Shown piece after piece: positions 39,152 through 41,992 of a DNA stretch of 41,992 bases. The DNA is from a virus. The translations under genes were made by a program, and so were the position numbers. The stretch lies in the IMG/VR virus record IMGVR_UViG_3300033753_000082; one strand, 5' to 3'. The notes beneath the pieces are model-generated. The model saw nothing but the letters and a program-made list of their open reading frames with translations. It searched no databases and was not told the DNA's origin. Numbering within the stretch: position 1 is the stretch's first letter; every line of letters begins with the position of its first letter.

Positions 39152-41790
39152 TGAGGGTACCTGACGTTAGAGGCCTCTCCCTAGAGGACGCGGTGCGCGC
39201 CTACTGTGCGGAGGGTTGGTACCTGCTCCCGATCCGCTCTGGCAAGCACGCTGGGTCGGCGGTCGGTAGCGGGTGGCCGGAGAAAAGCTCACGCGACGCT
39301 GAGACGGTGCTCAGATTGCTCCGCGAGACGAGGGCTGAGGGTATCGCGCTTCACGTCGGGCGGAGCGGACTCGTGGCGTTCGATGTAGACACCCCGGAGG
39401 CGCTTCCAGAGGGGCTGCGAGCGGACCTGTCCAAGGCTCCACATCAGGGTACGCGGCCGTCGTCCCCGGGACGGGGGCACTACCTGTTCGACGCTGGCGG
39501 AGTGACGTACTCAAACTCCCTCGGGTCGTTGCCTAAGGGCTGGGGCGACATCCGGGGGAAGAACGGGATCATCGTCCTGGCTCCGACTCCGCACTCGAAG
39601 GAAGGCGGAGAGTACCGCTGGGTTCGGGTGGGTGATATTCCTCCGCTTCCGGCGCACCTAGCTCGTGCGCTGACTCCGGCAACTGACAAAGCGGACGCGG
39701 CGAGCGTGCCAGAGGTGCGGGAATTCTTCGCGGCGTACACGAGCGGCGACTCCGAGGGTATTGATAAGTACGTCCGCCGGTTCCGAGAGGCCGTGGCAGC
39801 CGGTCAGTCGCGCCACGAAGCCATGGTCCCGATTCTGGCGGAGGCGATGAAGGCAGCGAGGGGAGGTCAGTTCAGCGCAGAGGAAGCGGCTCAGCGTCTG
39901 TTCGATGAGTTTGCTAAGGCTCTGGCAGGGGAGAGAGACGCTGGCAGAGAGTTCGAAGGGATGTTGGCGTGGGCGGTTGGTCAAGCAAACAGAGAGGAGG
40001 TGAGCGTGCTGGAGGCACTGTCGAAGGCGGGCGAGGATCCTATGCCGGAGCCGTCGTCGAATGAGCACATGCTGGAGCTTGGTGCGGCTCGCACGCACGT
40101 AGGCTCGGCGCTCCGGCTCGCTGAGAGGTTTAAGGGCCGGTTCGCGTGGAGCCCACAAACCAAATGGTACGCGTGGGATGAGAAGCGCGGCCGCTGGGTG
40201 GAGGACGCTGAGCACCTGGTCCGAAAGGCCATTGCGACCGAGCTACCCGAGACCATTTGGGAGGAGATTAAGCAGCTAACTAGCTTGAATGTTGACCCTA
40301 AGGAGGTTGGTAAGTTCCGGAAGTATTGGGTTGACTCGCAGTCAGTCTCCCACCAGCGGGCAGTCTTGGATCTTCTCCAGACCATGCTTTTGGTGGACTG
40401 GCGGGAGTTTGACTCGGATCTCAACAAGCTCACGGTCGGGAACGGTACACTGCACTTCGACCGTGGCGAAGTGACGCTTAGGCCCCACAACCCGGCTGAC
40501 ATGATCACCCGTGGGACCGATGTCAACTACAACCCAAACGCCAGGGCTCCGTTCTGGGAGGCGACGCTAGAGCGATTCCTTCCGGACCCCGAGGTGCGGG
40601 CGTTCCTACAGCGCTTCGCGGGCTCCATCCTCGTAGGAGGTGGCGTCAGAGAGCAGATCATCCCCATCATGTTCGGAACCGGTGCGAACGGCAAGAGCAC
40701 GTTCGTTACCGGTATCCGGGCGGCTCTCGGGGATGAGCTTGCTCTGGAGGTAGACCCTGGGACACTCCGTCCGGACCACCGGTCAGGTAGCAACCCGTCA
40801 CCAGACAAACTTCGTCTGCGTGGTGCTCGATACGTGTACGCGGTCGAGGCTACCGGGGAGCTGGACGCTCAGTTCCTGAAGCGTCTGTCCGGCGGTGAGG
40901 AGATCGTTGCTCGTGGACTGCACCAGAAGACGATCAGTTTCAAACCGCAGTTCACGCTGACGATCATTGCCAACGAGGAGCCGGAGTTCAATGACGCTTC
41001 CGAGGGTCTCTGGCGTCGCATCAAGCGGATCCCGTTCGAGGTGCGGATCCCTGATGAGGAACGGATCGAGATCACGGAAGTTGAGCGGCTCATGCGGGAG
41101 CAGGCCGAGGGCATCCTCGCGTGGTGCGTGGAGGGATACAAACAGTACGCCCGCATGGGGCTTACCCCTCCCGCGTGCGTGGAGATCTCGTCCGCCCGGA
41201 TGCGCAACGACGCGGACCCTGTTAGGCGGTTTGTGACTGAGTTTTTCCGCAAGGTTGAGGGTTCCGTTGTCAAGCCAGCGGATGCGTTCAAGGCATGGAA
41301 GGAATGGGTTCGAGAGGAAGAGCCGGACTCGGAGCAGGCAAAGTGGGGAGCTACCAAATGGAAGCAACATGTTAGCGGGCTCCTAAACCTTCCCCACGAC
41401 GGTCGAGCGACCGTAGACGGAAAGCGGGTGCGCGGGTGGGTCGGTTACCGACTAGAAGCGGAGTCCATTGACGACGACGCGAGCGAGCCGGAGCGGGCCA
41501 CGCCTGACGCCCCTTCTAGCGCGGGACAAAAGGACAAAAATTTTGTCCCGAACGCTGTATTCCCTAAAAGTGGTGGGGACATTTCCAGGGGCAATACCGA
41601 AAGGACAGAAATTTCTGTCCGTTCTGTCCCGACGGAGGGCGAGGAGCCGGAGCAGGCGGAGCGGAAGCCGGTAGCGACGTTGCCGGAGACGCCCCGTGGG
41701 CTGCCTCCCACCGTCGACTTCCGGACGGGGAAGCCGTCGACCGCCGACGCGGCTTGGCGGAGGCTGTACCGGAAGGCGGGGGCTGAGTGA
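39151..41790 (+). CDS. Bifunctional primase-polymerase (prim-pol) fused to a P4/D5-type SF3 helicase
   Basis: N-terminal GWYLLPIRSGKH...GLVAFDVDTPE...GHYLF...DIRGKNGIIVLAPTPH; C-terminal Walker A FGTGANGKST with the preceding FLQRFAGSIL pattern. Confidence 0.9.
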   Translation: MRVPDVRGLSLEDAVRAYCAEGWYLLPIRSGKHAGSAVGSGWPEKSSRDAETVLRLLRETRAEGIALHVGRSGLVAFDVDTPEALPEGLRADLSKAPHQGTRPSSPGRGHYLFDAGGVTYSNSLGSLPKGWGDIRGKNGIIVLAPTPHSKEGGEYRWVRVGDIPPLPAHLARALTPATDKADAASVPEVREFFAAYTSGDSEGIDKYVRRFREAVAAGQSRHEAMVPILAEAMKAARGGQFSAEEAAQRLFDEFAKALAGERDAGREFEGMLAWAVGQANREEVSVLEALSKAGEDPMPEPSSNEHMLELGAARTHVGSALRLAERFKGRFAWSPQTKWYAWDEKRGRWVEDAEHLVRKAIATELPETIWEEIKQLTSLNVDPKEVGKFRKYWVDSQSVSHQRAVLDLLQTMLLVDWREFDSDLNKLTVGNGTLHFDRGEVTLRPHNPADMITRGTDVNYNPNARAPFWEATLERFLPDPEVRAFLQRFAGSILVGGGVREQIIPIMFGTGANGKSTFVTGIRAALGDELALEVDPGTLRPDHRSGSNPSPDKLRLRGARYVYAVEATGELDAQFLKRLSGGEEIVARGLHQKTISFKPQFTLTIIANEEPEFNDASEGLWRRIKRIPFEVRIPDEERIEITEVERLMREQAEGILAWCVEGYKQYARMGLTPPACVEISSARMRNDADPVRRFVTEFFRKVEGSVVKPADAFKAWKEWVREEEPDSEQAKWGATKWKQHVSGLLNLPHDGRATVDGKRVRGWVGYRLEAESIDDDASEPERATPDAPSSAGQKDKNFVPNAVFPKSGGDISRGNTERTEISVRSVPTEGEEPEQAERKPVATLPETPRGLPPTVDFRTGKPSTADAAWRRLYRKAGAE
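41523..41630. repeat. AT-rich cluster of GGACA/TGTCC motifs with two palindromes; candidate replication origin inside the helicase gene
   Basis: GGACA at 41524, 41532, 41577, 41603; TGTCC at 41544, 41616, 41625. Palindromes GGACAAAAATTTTGTCC (41532-41548) and the perfect GGACAGAAATTTCTGTCC (41603-41620). Confidence 0.5.
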
Positions 41791-41992
41791 CCGCTGAGAC
41801 GGTCGACGTCTGCGGTACGGAGGCGGGCTATACGAGGCACAGGAGGCGTGGGGAGACACCCTGCGCTTCCTGTGTCTCTGCCCACACAACCGCCAGGAGA
41901 GACCGCCGCTACGGACTCCAGCCTGGTGAGTACGACGCGATGCTAGCTCGGCAAGGTGGCCGCTGCTACATCTGCGGGGCTACTCCCTCTCG
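41787..41992 (+). CDS. Endonuclease VII, N-terminal part (continues at base 3 after circular closure)
   Basis: GTGA overlap with the primase-helicase stop; VTAETVDVCGTEAGYTRHRRRGETPCASC... runs without stops into the duplicated 127 bp. Confidence 0.8.
   Translation, partial: MTAETVDVCGTEAGYTRHRRRGETPCASCVSAHTTARRDRRYGLQPGEYDAMLARQGGRCYICGATPS
41866..41992. repeat. Terminal overlap copy 2 (identical to 1-127)
   Basis: Read directly; see copy 1. Confidence 0.97.

Noticed and set aside
1-41992. CRISPR arrays, rRNA, complete tRNA genes, IS elements/transposases, toxin-antitoxin pairs or known defence systems
   Set aside because: There are no spacer-repeat arrays, no rRNA-like segments, no transposase-like ORFs or terminal inverted repeats, and no recognisable defence-gene motifs on either strand.

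Overview
The window is a complete, circularly closed phage genome of about 41.87 kb. Bases 1-127 recur exactly at 41866-41992, and an endonuclease VII gene reads across that junction. It looks like a temperate siphovirus (long non-contractile tail) of a high-GC Gram-positive, Actinomycetota-like host. Nearly all genes are on the + strand, with GAGGAGG-type ribosome-binding sites and many ATGA/GTGA start-stop overlaps.

Gene order:
- Early/replication genes run 34428-41790, wrap, and continue 3-9039. They include a dNMP kinase, a RecB/Cas4-like nuclease, RusA, an ECF-like sigma factor, a prim-pol/SF3 helicase, Endo VII, many small Cys-rich ORFs and a family A DNA polymerase.
- A leftward lipoprotein plus a GntR-HTH gene form an island at 3217-4290 inside this arm.
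- attP (the 3' half of a tRNA-Lys(UUU)) and a tyrosine integrase lie at 9184-10200.
- A poorly coding, highly structured ~650-bp region lies at 11404-12070, followed by two leftward genes.
- The lysis cassette is at 12889-13999, followed by an HNH endonuclease.
- Two glycosyltransferase genes carry four GT-A domains (14660-17501).
- Packaging, head and tail genes run 17419-33094, followed by two membrane proteins.

Most unusual observations:
- A 79-nt element (34320-34398) folds like the tRNA-like domain of tmRNA (G3:U70, T-arm, UCGAC D-analogue). It has no tag ORF or pseudoknots.
- Six early promoters are built from NGTTG units phased at exactly 14 bp.
- An AT-rich cluster of GGACA/TGTCC palindromes inside the primase-helicase gene looks like an origin.
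- A triple-GT-A fusion glycosyltransferase sits in the late operon.

No CRISPR array, rRNA, complete tRNA or IS element was seen. All function calls come from motif recognition by eye, not from searches.
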